DNA from: Octopus vulgaris
Lineage: Eukaryota
Reading direction: 5' to 3'
Assembly: GCA_951406725.2 (NCBI GenBank)
Contig: OX597840.1
Coordinates: 28,396,001 to 28,460,000, forward strand
Length of the DNA stretch: 64,000 nucleotides
Shown here: positions 62,569-64,000 of the stretch, piece after piece
Layout: every line of letters starts with the position of its first letter
Numbering within the stretch: the first letter of the stretch is position 1
Notes under the pieces: model-generated
Seen by the model: only the letters and a program-made list of their open reading frames with translations
Told to the model about the DNA's origin: nothing
Databases searched by the model: none
Position numbers and translations under genes: made by a program

Positions 62569-62834
62569 GAAAGAGAGAGAGAGAAAGAGAGAGAGCGCCT
62601 AGTATTCAGTTCCATCTGCTGCATAGTCGGTTGCCGGTGACTAAACCGTGTCTCCAACAGGTTAACCTGCGGCATTTGGACATTTGAGGAGCTTTCCCTT
62701 GTGAATGAGCTCATGATGTAATCACATTACTAAGCCTGTGACCCATATTAGAACTAAATACTTTTCCTCGACTTATCTCAGGCACAGAGGCATCGCTTTG
62801 TTAGTGGCTGCCATATTCGTCTACATGTTGACAA

Positions 62835-62885
<51 letters not shown>

Positions 62886-62886
<1 letters not shown>

Positions 62887-63322
62887 TCTTTACTCTTTTA
62901 CTCTTTTACTTGTTTCAGTCATTTGACTGTGGCCATGCTGGAGCACCGCCTTTAGTCGAGCAAATAGACCCCAGGACTTATTCTTTGTAAGCCCAGTACT
63001 TATTCTATCGGTCTCTTTTTGCCGAACCGCTAAGTGACGGGGACGTAAACACACCAGCATCGGTTGTCAAACAGTGCTAGGGAGACAAACACACACACAT
63101 ACACACACACACATACACACACACATACATACACACACACATATATATATATATATACATATATACGACAGGCTTCTTTCAGTTTCCGTCTACCAAATCC
63201 ACTCACAAGGCATTGGTCGGCCCGGGGCTATAGCAGAAGACACTTGCTCAAGATGCCACGCAGTGGGACTGAACCCAGAACCATGTGGTTGGTTAGCAAG
63301 CTACTTACCACACAGCCACTCC
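62886..63322 (-). mobile_element. SINE family A, full length
   Basis: Reverse complement of 61113-61532. Confidence 0.92.
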
Positions 63323-63529
63323 TTATATATATATAAGAAGGTTTGGAGGTGATGTACGGGTACTCAGAAATCTGGATGGTTTTATATTTACAGATTTTTA
63401 TTAATATGTCACATGTTTTTATAAATCATATATTAGCGCTTGCATCCACTCTAGTGGATTCTTCAGAAATTTGAGTACCTCATTTCCAGATTTCTGATTC
63501 CCAGATTTTTGAGTACTTTACTACTTCAA

Positions 63530-63581
<52 letters not shown>

Positions 63582-63812
63582 TTTGTTTTGCTGCTTTCCT
63601 TTACACGAAATGAGGAGATACATTGTAGAACTGTTATTCTAACGAGTTATATCTGTTTATCACCCGAAGAGACACATCTGCACCGTCGGATGTTCCTGAA
63701 ACAGCTGTTAAGTATCCCACACCTGAGGAAATGATGTAAGACAGGGCGAAACAGTTGTTTGTCATGATTAATAAAAATTCTCGTATCTTCCATTTTTCCG
63801 TGTTTCATTCAG

Positions 63813-63938
<126 letters not shown>

Positions 63939-63951
63939 TAGATAGATATGT

Positions 63952-64000
63952 AAGGCAATGAGCTGGCAGAACAGTTGGCACTCTGGACAAAATGCCTAGA
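63952..64000 (+). mobile_element. SINE family B head, runs off the window
   Basis: aaggcaatgagctggcagaaacagttggcac. Confidence 0.6.

Overview
AT-rich, repeat-saturated eukaryotic DNA, most likely an intron or intergenic region of a coleoid cephalopod (Octopus-like; inferred from the SINE repertoire and the very high (TA)n/(CA)n/(TACA)n/(AAT)n load, not proven). I found no convincing host protein-coding exon, and nearly all ORFs in the track are microsatellite or SINE read-through. Supported content: at least five tRNA-headed SINE families (labels A-E are mine); remnants of R4/Dong, CR1 and Penelope (GIY-YIG) retroelements; maT (DD37D), Tc1 and mariner transposase remnants; a mariner MITE; non-autonomous Helitrons; a 183-bp satellite; long simple-repeat tracts. 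Most notable: (1) several short repeats next to (TA)n, often folded back, carrying minimal hammerhead-ribozyme-like motifs with variant cores; (2) two unrelated Helitrons at the same nucleotide position of a mariner MITE; (3) SINE multimers with recurrent junctions at separate loci. Coordinates were read by eye and are approximate to a few bp unless stated.
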